Source: Pelomyxa schiedti
Taxonomy: Eukaryota > Protista > Evosea
NCBI GenBank assembly: GCA_020536535.1
Contig: JAHLWZ010000714.1
Span: 42,167 to 106,166, forward strand
Direction of reading: 5' to 3'
DNA length: 64,000 nucleotides
Positions within the stretch are counted from its first letter, which is position 1; each line of letters begins with the position of its first letter. Positions 36,948 to 50,291 of this stretch are shown piece by piece. Under the pieces are notes generated by a model. That model was not told where the DNA came from. It saw only the letters and a program-made list of their open reading frames with translations, and made no database searches. A program made the position numbers and the translations under genes.

Positions 36948-39900
36948 ATGGGAAAGCCTGGTGCCACAACGCCGGCACCAAACAAATCGGCGGCAGCTGC
37001 CGAACCACCGAAGCCTAAACCGAGGAAAAGTGTCGTCAAACCAAAGTCGAAGGAGAAACCCACAAACTCGAAAAAGCCGACGAAAATCCCCACCAAACGC
37101 GATGACGCCGTCGTCCCGAAACCGGGCGGGGTCAACCTCGACTCCAGCCTTGTCAGGTGGATTACTGAAATCGGAGCGAACCACGGTGTTGCGCCCCTCA
37201 AATCTGATAGGGAATGGGAACTGTGGCGTGACATTGTCTCCGTGACAAAGAAGATACTGGTCGTGGGGCCCTCTTACCGTATCCAGCTTCCAAACCCCAA
37301 GTTCCACGACCTTCTTGGCCCCCAAAAGAATCAGAACCTCTTCCGTGATAGCAAAAAAGAATGGGACATGGCGCTGAAGAACCAAACCCACGACTACAAG
37401 GCTGAAATCAACGCGTTTATAAAAGAAATTCCTGATGATAAAAAAACTTGGTGGGGAAGCCTCAGGTCCAGAAATTCGAAGTCGAAGATTGCGCGTATCA
37501 TGATTATTCTGCTTCAGTTGAAAAAGTTTCCCCCTTCACAATACCCATACGGTTACATACAACCGAACGCACCACTCAGCAATAATGACAACCCCTCCAT
37601 TTGGAAAGAAGAGCCAAGGAATGTATGGGGTTATCCAACACAAGTGTATGAACAGGTACTGCAATATATAGACCTAAAAAAGGGTTCCAGTTCTCCAATT
37701 GCTTTGATATTTGGACCTCCTGGTTGGTTGTTTTTTTGTGTGATTGATTCTAACATGTTGCTAGGCTCAGGGAAGAAGCATGTAATTCACAAAATACATG
37801 TTGAACTCCAAAGACACTACTTCGTCTTGTCTCATCCTTTTTTTAAAAAGGCAAGCACTGCAGTACAAGGTTCCTTTCCTTTTAGCTCCTCTTTAATTGA
37901 CCAAATTATCAGATAGAAACTTCAAACAATTTATTTTTGTTGTTTTGGTAAAGATTTTAGGTGCATCAATAAACCCTGGGTGAGTGTTTTTCCCTGTGTG
38001 AATATAAAAAGCTAATCCTCTCCAGTGGGTCTCTCATTACAGAAATAACATTTGATGAGATGCAAAATGAAGCAGAAAGCCTGGAACGAGATCAGTCCAA
38101 AGCTTCAATATCTTTTGACGAGCTGGGAGTAGTATTAAAGAAATGCACCAATCCGTTTTCTCTTGTTCTCAATTGTGACATCTTGTTTGAGGTGAGCCTG
38201 CAAAACTCATTTTTACTTTGCCTTATGCATTCTTTCACAAGACAATTTCCTACCATGAGAAAGCCGCAATCATATTGGATGTCCTACATAATGTTCACCA
38301 GTGCTTCAACGACTATGGAATATCCATCATATTAACTGGTTCTGACAAAATTCATTTGTGGAATATAAAGAACGCGTTATCTACATATGATGGCTCGCAA
38401 CTGGTGTGTAATAACTCTGAGTGCAGAAAAGGAACCTCACCTCCTAGAATTCAGGTGTCCTCTCTTACCTTCAGTGAAGTCAAAGTTTGTCTACATAGGT
38501 TTATATCAAGCAGCAGCCCTCTTCTACGTGGCAAGGGCCAACCAAAACTTGTAGAGGCAAGACTTCTTATCACTTTGATATCATAGTTACAACATGTAGA
38601 TTGCAAGAGTCTTGCCTGGTCCGATAGGGATTCTAGCAGCATTCTTTTCATGGTATCATACCGGGAGAAAATTTCTCCATTCCACCATTTTTAGTTATTT
38701 ATTATTTTGTGCAGTATCCAGCGTACCTGCACGGAGGGAACGTATCACTCCCTATCATATTGTGTCAGAGCAGTGTTTGAGGACATGCATCTCCAGTAAT
38801 GGGATTTCTTTTTTTTTTTTTCCCCAACTGAATGAAAGAAAGGTATGATCAACAGGTGCGTGGACCAGAGAGGATTCCTTTTCTGTATGATTACATATTC
38901 ACCGCAATACTGCACCGTGGTTCTAGCTTGATCCAATTGGCTGGGGAAGAGCTACACATAACAATATCAGAAGCTATTGATCCAGAAGGTTATTCGTCCA
39001 ATCTACGAAACAAACACCTCAAGAAAACCAAATCATTAGGCTATTCTACTGCACTTCGCCTGGGTTGTGTACTGAACAAAAGTGGGCTCCTAGATGTAGC
39101 CATTTCCCCCGATCAGGATACATCCAAATCTTTGTTACAAATAAAGTGCATATGCCCTTTTGCTTATGCCGTCATAGCACCATGTGACCCAATGAAAGCT
39201 GTAAGCTACATATTTACACTTTCCACTCGATTTGCCGTTCTACGAAAGCCAATCATGCCTTAATCTAAAATACTAGGATTGCCCATCAGCAGCCATATTA
39301 TTTGGGGTGCCAGAAACTTTAAGTAAACCAAGCTGGCTGGAGAGTACCTCTATCCTTTTAACAAGGTACGATAGTGAATTGAACAAAAAAATATTTTTGG
39401 GAACCGGCTTTGGGTGCCCTGAAGGTTAATTTTTTGTTCCTCTATTTGTCTTAACTTGCACAAGCTCGTCGGCCCCTCATCGTACCTATGAACAAGGAGG
39501 ATCTCACAGAAGTGTTTCTGAAGGACAGTTCAGTGGTGGTCTTAATTAAAGGTTCAACACCACCCATCCTTGTATTTTGTGGAATAAGTAAAGAGGGAAC
39601 GGCTTCCATTATGGGTATCTCACAACCCACTTCGACTTTGTATTTGCTCTTACCCCCCACCCCCCCCAAACAGTGACCTGCTGCCTATTACAGTCGGCAC
39701 GGAACAACCGGGAGATAATAGAAGCAACTCAGTGCTTTCTAACAAGCAACATTAATACGCATGGTACACTAGGCTTTATTCAATGTGAGTGTAACCCTTT
39801 TTTTGAAGGCCTATTGGTTGTTATATGCGAGGATCAACTAGAGATCACACCCGGAGTCACAAGTGAGACTTACGCAACCACTTCGGCACCTTTCAAGTTC

Positions 39901-40513
39901 ATCTGTTCAGAAGAGTTTGGGCATGTGATTATGCGGCACGGTGTAAAGACTCGGCCATTGGCCACATGTCCTTTGCCCCACGATATTGTCATCCCAAAGC
40001 TCTCCAGGTGTATTAACAGCCTGCAGTGCACACAGTCCCACGATCTCGGTGCTACACCAGAAGAGGTTCAAGAAACCAACTTGGATCAAATCCTTCTTGC
40101 ACTCCCAATAGCCAAGAGAGCTCCTTATACTCGGATCAAACATGAACTGCTGAGTTCTTCTACGTTTACCGATCTGCTCTGGAAACAAACAGCTTCTATA
40201 AGTGACAATAGTTTTACAGAGGAGCAGGCTCGCCGTCTAATTCATATTGGCGTGTCAAATTACATAAAGATGCAGGTATTTTCCTTTCCTCACTACGTCT
40301 GTACCACTAATGTCGATCTAGAAAATGACAATTTTAAATCTGCCTTTGGCTTCAAAGCTTTCTGGAATTGCTACTCTATCACAGCTCCCAAATGACGATC
40401 CAGTTCTAGCCCTGAAGCTGTCAAGAATAAGGAGCGAGTCGAGCCTTGAGGAAAAGCTGAAAGATGTGCAGGCCTACCTCTCCACACGTCGAAATACCAC
40501 AAGCTCATCTTGA
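36948..40513 (+). CDS. Orphan ~1000-aa P-loop NTPase (STAND/AAA-like, degenerate) protein
   Basis: Exons join without stops; Lys-rich N-terminus; IALIFGPPG|SGKK Walker A across an intron; weak Walker B (FSLVLNCD); ISIILTGS sensor-like strand. Confidence 0.65.
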
Positions 40514-40559
40514 TTTTACTCCATTTCGCCGAACCGGCCATGTACAAAACAAAAAAAAG

Positions 40560-41790
40560 AAACTTGTGACAGGTGACCTACAATTAGGCACCTTTTTTCC
40601 CTCCCCAATTTCTGCCAGATGCGAAGCCTCAGTACATATTCAACTACTCTGGGGACATATGATGCCCCTACCGGGGGATTCCAACAAGGTTTGTGGCTCT
40701 ACACTTCTTTGCTCTGACACCATCAATATTGATCAAGTTTTCACTTATGAAAGCATCAGAACAAGCATACACTTTACCAGGTTTTTTTATTTTTGAACGC
40801 TGTGAATAACTGTGCAATTTAGGCCTGTTTCCAAAAGCAGAGGATGTTATCACATACCTGGCCCAGAGATTGACGGTATCGTGCCTCATTGTGGATAATT
40901 CAAAAGAGATATGTGAAATATCTCATATCAGTTCCGTGTGGAGGCATGTCACTGCTAATAACTCGGTTGAAATTAAGGGAGTTGACCATTGTGTGCATGC
41001 CACAGGTTGTTAAACAGCTAACCGTTACGCCCGTGATTTCCATCTTTGCAGTACGGAGAAAAGGTCCAACTGTGTCCTTCGCTCACAACAATAAGCTTGC
41101 ATCCATTTCAATGATTACAACATACAATTAGATTCTTTGAACATGTGTGAAATTCCATAACATTTCCAATAGGCCGTGTAGTTTTGGGTGACGTGTGCTC
41201 ACAATTGGGCATGCATCCATTCTAGGCATGTTGTTTCAAGACAGCAAAGAACTCAACTCCTTTGAAAACTTGTAGGCTCAATCTACACACAGGCCTTTTT
41301 GACTTCTAAGATTGTTTGCCTGAAGAAACCCGATACAGATGCTTGGAGAGACAAACGAACGGTTCTTCAGATTATCTGCGTTTGACTTCTTATGTTTAAA
41401 TAGTATCCCGTTTATCAAACTCTGATTTGGATGTACTTCTCTGTTTTATACTGGTATCTACAATTGCCGTGATTCTTGTGAGTTTATATTTCAGGGCTCT
41501 TATCGCCAACCTAACAAACACCTGGATGATAAGTGGTGATTTTCTACACAGTGATATTCAGGTTCAGATACTTTCAACCACGCCACACATGGGACTTTGA
41601 AAGTGATGTTGCACTTCGAGACGGCATTCTGCTTTAGCACCATGTAACCAAGGTGAGTGAAAACTTGTTGCACTGGCTATTTTGAGCACTACTCTTAGCT
41701 CATTACCGGCCACTTGTGTGGTACCACAACACCACCGTCATCAAAACAATTTTTGGTTTTTTTCCATCACAAGGTATTTTTTTTTGGCAG
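40560..41790 (+). pseudogene. Degenerate intron-containing gene fragment(s)
   Basis: Plus-strand GT..AG intron-like segments, but I could not build a continuous frame. Confidence 0.3.
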
Positions 41791-41825
41791 GCCATTTGAT
41801 CACATTCCTGTAAAACCCCTGAATA

Positions 41826-42123
41826 CAAATGGCTGAATAAAAAAAACACCAGACCGCAATCCTGAGCGATGATAAGGAAAATGACAACGTTCCGGTCTGT
41901 TGATTATTTTATTCAGCCAAATTTTCGTTATCGAAATTTGGCTGAATAAAAAAAACACCAGACCACCGAAATTTGGCTGAATAAAATAATCGACAGACCG
42001 GAACGCTGTACTTTTCGTTATCGTCGCTCAGGATCGGTGGTCTGGTGTTTTTTTTATTCAGCCAAATTTCGATAACGAAAATTTCAGCGTTCCGGTCCGT
42101 TGATTATTTTATTCAGCCATCTG
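41826..42123. mobile_element. ~300-bp MITE-like palindromic element built from copies of the transposon-end repeat
   Basis: Termini TA|CAAATGGCTGAATAAAA ... TTTTATTCAGCCATCTG; inside are forward, partial and reverse copies of the caccagaccg..cgttccggtctgttg unit shared with 33910-33970. Confidence 0.8.
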
Positions 42124-42399
42124 AAAAACCACAGGCAAAACAACCGTCCCAGGGGCTTCAGGCTGTCTGAAGTACTTCAGGAAGTGGTGGACGAAAGGAA
42201 AAGGTGTCCGCTTGTGGCGGACAAAACAACACAGGAAGGTGATTAAACGAAGGGTGATTGTTGTGGCTGAGTCCCGGTTCCAAACAGCAGTGCAGTACAA
42301 TAGGGGAAGTACAAGGCACACCAAGAACTGGTAATATGCAGCTTCAATTTTTTTTGATCCTGTGGAGACGGTTCTCAGCTTCCCTAGATAACAGTTTTC

Positions 42400-43574
42400 T
42401 TGAAGACTCTGCTAAGAGAGGGGAGTGACGCTATGCCCGTTCCTATCTTCAAGGGTAGTGACTAAGGCTGTCCGAAAGCAAATTAACAGAGTTGTGGCCA
42501 AGACAACAATAACATAATTAATTCCCAACTCCTACTTGTTATTCTATTGGTCAGTGCCTGACAAGATTCACAGCTATGTACCAATATGCCCTGGAAGTAC
42601 CAGTGGCCATGCCAGCCCCATTGTGATTTACGAAGTAAAACCCATAGTGCTAGTAGCTGATAGGTAGCAACCTCCGTTGACAGACTGAAAGGGCTCCCTT
42701 AAGGGACAATTGTCTGTGTTGGTTGTGGTATTGAGGCAAAGCTTTCTTTCTGTTAGTCAAGGAAATCAGTGTCAGTTTCAATGTCAAAGAAGATTGATAG
42801 TAAAAAGGTCCACTTTTTCACCTGCTTTCTTGACAATTCTTAACATGCCTATTATTTTAGCTATTGGGTTCCTAGGCTCCTACTTGTTACTATCGTAACG
42901 AGAGGCTGGATCTATCTGGTACATGTCTGCCACCTTGACCGTTTTCTCATTAAATCAGGACCTCTACTTGGTGGTCTTTCCCATAGGCTCTTTCCATGCA
43001 CGGGCCTATCTCCAGCAAGTCATCGAAAAAGAGCAACCGGGGATATATATATGAACACTGTATAAAGCACAGGTATTGAAATGACCTCCTATTCATTATT
43101 GTTCTGCCAGATCACTTACCAAGGGACCGCAGTACCGCTTAGCAACATTATCCCATCTCAGACATTTGAATGCCCCAATTGGAATCGGGTAGATACCTGA
43201 AACAACTAAGTATTTTAGGTAATCTTCCCAAACCAACACTCACTGGGGAATGAGGAAAAATACAGGCATCCGAGAGATTATATTCACAGAACGTTCAGCG
43301 TTTTTGCGTGCCTCACTCTAAGGTGACCCTAAAATACCTTCAGTACACCAAATCTACACCAGTGCGTCACCCAAACTACTGTCAGCCTTTCTCACTGGAA
43401 TTCGGCAACTTAGTAACATGTAAACCACTCAGCAGCAATTTTTTGCACAAGGGATGATTTATACTCTGTGAGGCCACATAGTAAGAGAGTACAGGGAGGG
43501 AATAACAAGGGAAAAGGGGTCCCATCCCAGTGTTACACCACCAAAATCTACCAATAAAATCAGCCGGAATTTTG
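42400..43574 (-). pseudogene. Possible degenerate multi-exon gene fragment abutting a gap
   Basis: Minus-strand intron-like segments and short exon frames (e.g. GIYPIPIGAFKCLRWDNVAKRYCGPL); no full frame recovered. Confidence 0.25.
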
Positions 43575-43674
43575 NNNNNNNNNNNNNNNNNNNNNNNNNN
43601 NNNNNNNNNNNNNNNNNNNNNNNNNNNNNNNNNNNNNNNNNNNNNNNNNNNNNNNNNNNNNNNNNNNNNNNNNN

Positions 43675-45564
43675 GTTTGTAGCCTTGCTGGTCACGTGTG
43701 CCCTTGCTTCTGAGGTGACTGACTGCACGTACGACGAGTACGGCTCCTGGTCCGTCGGCAACAACAACAGGCAAATGACGCTCTACCTCCATGACGGCAT
43801 GGTAACGGTGACCGTCGTAGAGTACGGGCTGGGCACGTTGGACTTCCCAGAGGGGTTTGACAACACAGTGTGTCAGTATGACACAAACAACCACAACGGC
43901 TGGGTGGTAACATCCTCTGGCACGAATGGCTGCGTCCAGACAGTGACCAAGGATTTCCCTGCCGATGTATACAATACACACTGCGCCAAAATGGTGGAGA
44001 CCGCCTCGGGGTATGAAATTGACACCAGCGTCACAGAGTGGACTGTTCCTCTGTACAATGGAGAACTACTAGACGGCACTCCTCTCACTGTACAGGTGCA
44101 GGGTCACTTCTATTCTGTGAGTCTCTTCTTCCTCATCAGATAAAACAAATCTCACTTTGCCTCGTACAGGAAGTTCTGCTTCCCTCCAGTGCCACGGTTT
44201 CCGTTGAAGCCACTGTTTATGGACCTCCCCAGTATCGGGCAGCAGTGAATGGAACTGCAGGAGTTTTTGGCACCACAGTTTACGCCGATATCATCGCGCA
44301 AGTCAATGCACCTTACTACATAACGGGCATCAACCCACTTGCACTGGTGACTCCGGATGACATCTNNNNNNNNNNNNNNNNNNNNNNNNNNNNNNNNNNN
44401 NNNNNNNNNNNNNNNNNNNNNNNNNNNNNNNNNNNNNNNNNNNNNNNNNNNNNNNNNNNNNNNNNGTGAATGGAACTGCAGGAGTTTTTGGCACCACAGT
44501 TTACGCCGATATCATCGCGCAAGTCAATGCACCTTACTACATAACGGGCATCAACCCACTTGCACTGGTGACTCCGGATGACATCTCCGCTGTCGTCCTC
44601 TCATTGGGCAAGGTTATAAACAAACACTCTTGGTCGTCAATCAAGGGCCTGGTGACAATCTATCCAGATGCAGACTGCAAAGTGGATGGGATATTCGACT
44701 TGGAATTTTATGTTTCCTGTCTTGATGAGGACCCCACCTGTGATGACCAGGTTCTGCGTGACTCCCCCTCCTTCACAGCCTCTGTACCGATTTTCGTACC
44801 GGACTGCTCCCTTCAAACTCAAGAGGTAGAGGCATTCCTCACCATCCGCACTTATGACAAAACTGGCAACTTTGATACAGCCTTTCAAAAAACTGCCAGT
44901 GTGTTTCAAGTTGTGTAACGGTTTTTACTTACAAAAAACGAAGCTGTGCTCATTGACGAAGTGATCACCACAGTTGGAGGCACTCCCGGCTCTAATTGTG
45001 ACTGCACCACCGACATGGATGTGTACAACTGGTATGGCGACCTGCTTGGCCACTACAACTTTGAAACGGACAAGGAATTGTTCAAGACAACCAGTCTAGT
45101 AATCACTCCCTTGCAAAACAAATTCAGGTACAAGCACTCTTTTTTCCCTTCTTCTTTACTTACAAAAACCAAGTGCTGTCATGGACCCAAGTGTCTTCCT
45201 GAATCCCAATGGAGAAGTTGTACAAATCACTGCCACCTGTAACATAAACTGGGGGATTGGCAAGAAGACAACTGTGTCCAGCACACGGAGATACACTCTC
45301 CGCGACCAGCCCACATCAGCTGAAGGCAATGCTGCCTTTACCGTTGGGGTGGTAGAGGATGTGAGCAGTGGAGGAGGTGGAGGTGGAGGTGGTGACAAGG
45401 ACAACACTGGCGTCATTGTGATTGGCGTTGTGGGTGGTGCTGGCATCTGCTGCGGTGTTGGATGTGTTGTAGTGGTGGCGGGATTCGTGTGGCGCAAAAG
45501 GAGAGGGAAAAACCCACCTACCAAGCTCCCCGACACCGACACCCACACCGAGATAGAGCTCTAA
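43675..45564 (+). CDS. Type I membrane/surface protein (start lost in the gap)
   Basis: Signal-peptide tail (LLVTCALA), Cys/Thr-rich ectodomain, Gly linker, TM helix VIVIGVVGGAGICCGVGCVVVVAGFVW then RKRR; interrupted by the gap at 44366-44465. Confidence 0.75.
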
Positions 45565-45737
45565 ATTAGGAAAACGAACAACGTACTTTGTTTTGGCTTT
45601 TCTCGTTCTTTGTTGTTTGTGTGTTGAAGTCGAGTTCGTCTAACTTTTTAACGAAGCTTCGTAAACACACACAAGTGTCAACCGCCACTGACAGTACTCT
45701 GTCCTAATACAGCCGCACCGACAGTCATACATATAGT

Positions 45738-48619
45738 ATGGGAAACAGCAAGTCACGATACGCCGAAGACAACGCCATCTACGACAACCCGTGCTTCAAC
45801 GACAACCCCACGTTCAGCGGGGGCGACGCGGACCCCTACGACAACACCCCCACGCCGTACCAGAGCTACGTAGCCGCGACCGCCGCGGCCGGCCCCGCCC
45901 CCACCTGGGCCAGCTCCGCAGACTCCCTCGACATCCCCGCCGACGACCCCATCCCCGACCCCGCAGCCGCAGCCGCCGCCACCACGCCCGCAGCCACCCA
46001 CGACGCCGACACGGCCGCCAAGAGCGAGGGGAGCGGCGGAGGGAAGAAACCCAAGGGCAAGGGAGGGAAGAAGGGGAAGGAGGGAGGAGCCAAGGAGCCC
46101 GAGGCCGAGGCCGAGGCCCAGGAGGAGGCGGAGCGGCCGGCCGATGCGAAGGAGAAGACCGCGGCGGCGGCCGAGGGCGAGGCTGCTGGCCCAGCCGACA
46201 GCGGTGATGCGAAGGCAGAAGCAGCGGGGGAGGTCGAGGCAGCCAAGCCAACCAAGCACAGGCACAAGCACAAGCACCGCCACGAGGAGGGAGACGAGGC
46301 CGAGGCGGCCGAGGAAGCTGCGGCTGCGTCTGCCGAGACGAGTGCCAGTGCCAGTGCTAGTACTGTTGTGGATAAACCTGTTGATGCCAAGGAACCGAGC
46401 GCCGAGGAGGATTCTGCGGTTGCGGAGAAGCCCAAAGCGAAGAAGCATCATCATCACCGCGATGCGGAGCCGGCTGAAGCGGAGGAGGAAGCTTCAACAC
46501 CCAAGAAAGATGTTCCTTCCGCAGCTTCCAAAGCTGCGGCCGTGGAAGAGACGGTACCCAGCGAGGCAGCTTCTACACAAGAAGTGCCAGAGGCAGCGGC
46601 TCTATCGGCGCATGTTGAATTAGAATTTGAAGAAGCTGCAGCAGGGAAGGGGCATGACTTGTTTACAATGGTATCCTGCTAATCCCTTTTCAATTTAAAC
46701 TGACAAGACGCAGTTAACAGTGACAGGAGACAAGCGCACTTCCAAGAGGTTAGTTTCTTGCCACAATACTATTATATCAAAATTTTATTTAGCAGGGTTC
46801 CTGTAGATATTGTTTGCCTTGTGGATCACTCTGGTAAGAGTTTGATAATTTCTACGCCATAACATTTACCAAAGGGAGTATGGAGGGAGCCAAAATACAG
46901 CTGCTAAAGGTGGGCATAGTTCCTTTTTTTTTTGCTTTCAAGCACTCACTTTCTCCAGAAAACTTTGCACTTCATGGTGACTCAGTTGTCAGGGAGCGAT
47001 CGGCTCAGTATTGTTGCTTTCGAAAATTCAGTCTCTGTGTTGTGTGGGCTCCTCTGTGTAAATGGGACAAACAAGTCAATAATCGAGGCCTCAATTGAGA
47101 AACTGCGTGTATCTATCTATCTCACAAAGTGGCCTTTATGAACGAGGCGTAGGCGACAGGGGGGACTGATATTACCCTGGGCTTGCAGGGGGGTACCGCC
47201 GTACTGGCTAGAAGAAAACATAGAAATCCTGTTTCCTCTATCCTTCTCCTCACCGACGGCCAGGACAGGTACCTTCCCACTCAAGGAAATACCGCTCTTA
47301 TATCTCAACACGATACAGTGCAGCACTAACTGCGTCACAAAGAGTTACCATACCAGAGGGCTGTGTAATTCATACTTTCGGGTACCTTCCCTCTCTAGGC
47401 GGTGAGGCCAACGTTTATTTGCAGTTTTGGAGCTGACCATGATGCCAAAGTATGTGCAAGCATTGCAGAGATGGGATCGGGTTCCTTCACGTATGTCTGC
47501 ACTTCAAATAGGAGTGTTCTGATAGAGTTCAGTTTTGTCGAATCTGATTCATCAATTGGGCCAGCATTCGCCACGGTACTGGGTGGCCTACTCTCTGTTG
47601 TTGCGAAGGTCTTTCTTGTGTAAACTCTCATGAAGACTTATATTTTTTTTTAGTCCATTGAAATTGCGGTTAGGCCCAAACCAAAGAATGAGATTGTGAA
47701 AGTTCTGACTCATTTCAAAGTACTCCCTCCGTTCTCCAAAGTTTTAGTTGATATTTGGCCAGGTTGAAACTAAAAAGAAAACAACCATTATCACAGTACC
47801 TGATTTGTGTGAGGGTGAGAAGCGAGACTTAATTCTTCACTTTCATATACCTGCTTCTACTGAACCTGTGTGGCTCTTACTTTTTCCCCACTATACAAAC
47901 CCAAAAAAGGTATTTGCGGAGGGCCAAGTGACATATACTTCACCTGTAAGCAATACAATGGAGATTGTTGGTCCAATTGCATTCCAAGTCCAACGCCCAA
48001 AAGCCACGAAAAACGCAGCACCAAATATGAAGCTGGTTATTCAAAGGCTGAGGTAAGGAGTTTCCCGCTTTTTCATCCTCTTACTCAAATCCAGAATTCA
48101 GACTGCCGATGCAATAACGTCAGCAACTGAACTGGCTGACAAAAGACAGTTTAAGGATGCCAATGGAATTCTTCAGGGCGCCATAGATAACATTAAGGCA
48201 GCAGGTTAGTCCGTTTTCACCTCTCCCCGAATCCAACACAATCACATAGGCAAACCTGTGACCAAGGACTCGCTTTGTGTTGTTTTACTCAAAGACTTAG
48301 AGGAATGTAAAAAGAGATTCAATGAGTCACAGTATGATAGAGGTAATCCCGCGGCTCTTTGCATATATTTCACTCCGCCTATATAATATCTTATTGCGTA
48401 ACACAGGAGGCGTTGCGTATGCCAAGAGTGCTGCCATTTCACACAAACAACAAAGAGCTGCTGCAAATCCCCTTTATTGTTCTGCAGAGTCCGCAGCGGT
48501 ATTTTTCCTCTGCCCTCACAAAAATAATATCTCACATTTTATTTGCACAGTGCAATCCTTACTTTACTGATAGCCAGCTGAACCAACAAGAAAATTTTGC
48601 CTTCTTTTCTAAGGACTAA
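45738..48619 (+). CDS. von Willebrand factor A domain protein (Vwaint-like C-terminus) with a predicted N-myristoylated low-complexity N-terminus
   Basis: MGNSKS start; DIVCLVDHSGSM MIDAS motif, DRLSIVAF, GGTDI, FLLTDGQD, FGFGADHD, PAFATVLGGLLSVVA. Confidence 0.88.
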
Positions 48620-48686
48620 AGGCACAGAGGATGTGGATACAACAGTGTCATTATTTAATAAATCCTTTGTAAGCTACATAGGCATC

Positions 48687-49764
48687 TTAATCACTACACA
48701 GCTTTTGTTGTTTGTAGGCAACGAATTGTGGTGATGCCATCAGCCTTGCCCTAGATTCTCCAAACTCTTGCTCGGATATAAGCCCAAGGCTGTGCATCTT
48801 CTTCAGCTCGCGAAGTTTTGTTACAGGGTGGTCCTCGGGAAGTGTGTTGGTAGTCATTACAGCTTGAACTGGGGGTCCATCATATGATACACCGGCAATT
48901 GCTCCACCTGTTGCAGCAGAGGAAGCGAACCCCTGGCTATGAACAGGTGAGTGTGGGACACTGGACTACACAACGCATACCACTTGGAACCTAGAGTCTT
49001 TCTTGCCTGCATGACTGTTTTCCTGAATGCCTCAGGGTCACGAAGGTAATCAATCTTTGCGGTAGGAATTTTTTTCACTTGGCCGGTGTTCTGATCTTTA
49101 ATAGTCAGCCCCCCGGCTGTGTGTACTTCCACTTGGCAATTTTAGTTTACGATATCAAAAAGAAAATAACTAACCAGATTTAAGCCCGAAGCAATCATAG
49201 CCACAGTTTGTGTTTACATTTACATTTGTGATACTTTCTAGAGGAATCACCACCTCCTTTCTGTAAAGGTGACAGCAACAATCTGGAATTGCCTGCTATC
49301 ACGTTAATTTGATGCCGATCTCCCAGTCAGATACATACGGAGCTGTAGACTAGAGTGTCAGCTGTTAGAGAGGCTTTAGTGCCCTCAACGATATCGTTTG
49401 CCCTACGTGGCAACTAAGTGAAAGAAAACAAAAAAAGAAAGAAAGAAAAGAAATGGGCAAACAAGAGCCCACCAACCTGAAAGCAACTCCAGGGTAAAGC
49501 CCAAAGGTGGCCAGGCATGTAGATATTCCCCAGCAATACAGAGCCGTCTTGTACTAGTAGTGTTGCAGAGTAAATTCAATTCAATTCAATTTAATACTAT
49601 TCTATATCTCTTTATTTTACGAAAAAAAAAAAACCATGTCGCTGTACCTTTGGAGAGGTTGGGAAAACCGAAACGCCAGAATCGCCGACAACGGCGTCGT
49701 CGATGTGCTTGGCGTCGGTGCCACTAGCAGCACCAGTGCCGCCGTACGCTTGTTCGGACATCAT
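48687..49764 (-). CDS. Membrane-anchored bacterial-type PH-like domain + SHOCT protein
   Basis: TM segment, IPLESITNVNV..CFGLKSVEVHTAG (bPH_2-like), C-terminal KLRELKKMHSLGLISEQEF (SHOCT). Confidence 0.7.
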
Positions 49765-50291
49765 TATCAGCGGCGCCCGCTCCATCTCTCATCAACCACT
49801 CAAACTCTAACTGACTTGTCGCCTCGCTGCGAGCAGCTTTCTTTCTCTTCCTATGTTTCCAGATCTGATCGGTGGCGCCCCAAAGATCGTGAAAATGACA
49901 AGTGAATCGTTGTGTTCTGTTTTTCTATTTTAGAACCGGGCCANNNNNNNNNNNNNNNNNNNNNNNNNNNNNNNNNNNNNNNNNNNNNNNNNNNNNNNNN
50001 NNNNNNNNNNNNNNNNNNNNNNNNNNNNNNNNNNNNNNNNNNNCTCGCTGCGAGCAGCTTTCTTTCTCTTCCTATGTTTCCAGATCTGATCGGTGGCGCC
50101 CCAAAGATCGTGAAAATGACAAGTGAATCGTTGTGTTCTGTTTTTCTATTTTAGAACCGGGCCAGACAGTCTTGTTACTCCCATTTGACAGTGCGACACC
50201 ATTCTTAGTCACAAGTTGTACCTTCGGGGTTCGGCCAGGAGGTAGCCCAGTTGTACTTCTTTCCAGATATTCCTTCGTAATCAAAAAAAGC

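Noticed and set aside
41826-42123. CRISPR array or integron attC cassette array
   Set aside because: No unique equal-length spacers, mixed orientations, no cas or integrase gene; similarity to the transposon ends explains it.
44245-44586. Apparent 121-bp tandem duplication in the surface protein gene
   Set aside because: Identical copies flank a 100-N gap and the same 121-bp overlap occurs at the next gap, so this is a scaffolding artefact.
46671-46733. U12-type intron (GTATCCTG; also GTATCTTT at 30970)
   Set aside because: Imperfect donor match and no clear CCTTAAC branch site; expected by chance given the degenerate donors.
49861-49910. Weak similarity to the transposon-end repeat (gatcggtgg, gaaaatgaca)
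   Set aside because: Only two short words, and their order and orientation do not match the repeat.
49823-50164. Apparent 121-bp direct repeat
   Set aside because: Same gap-flanking overlap artefact.
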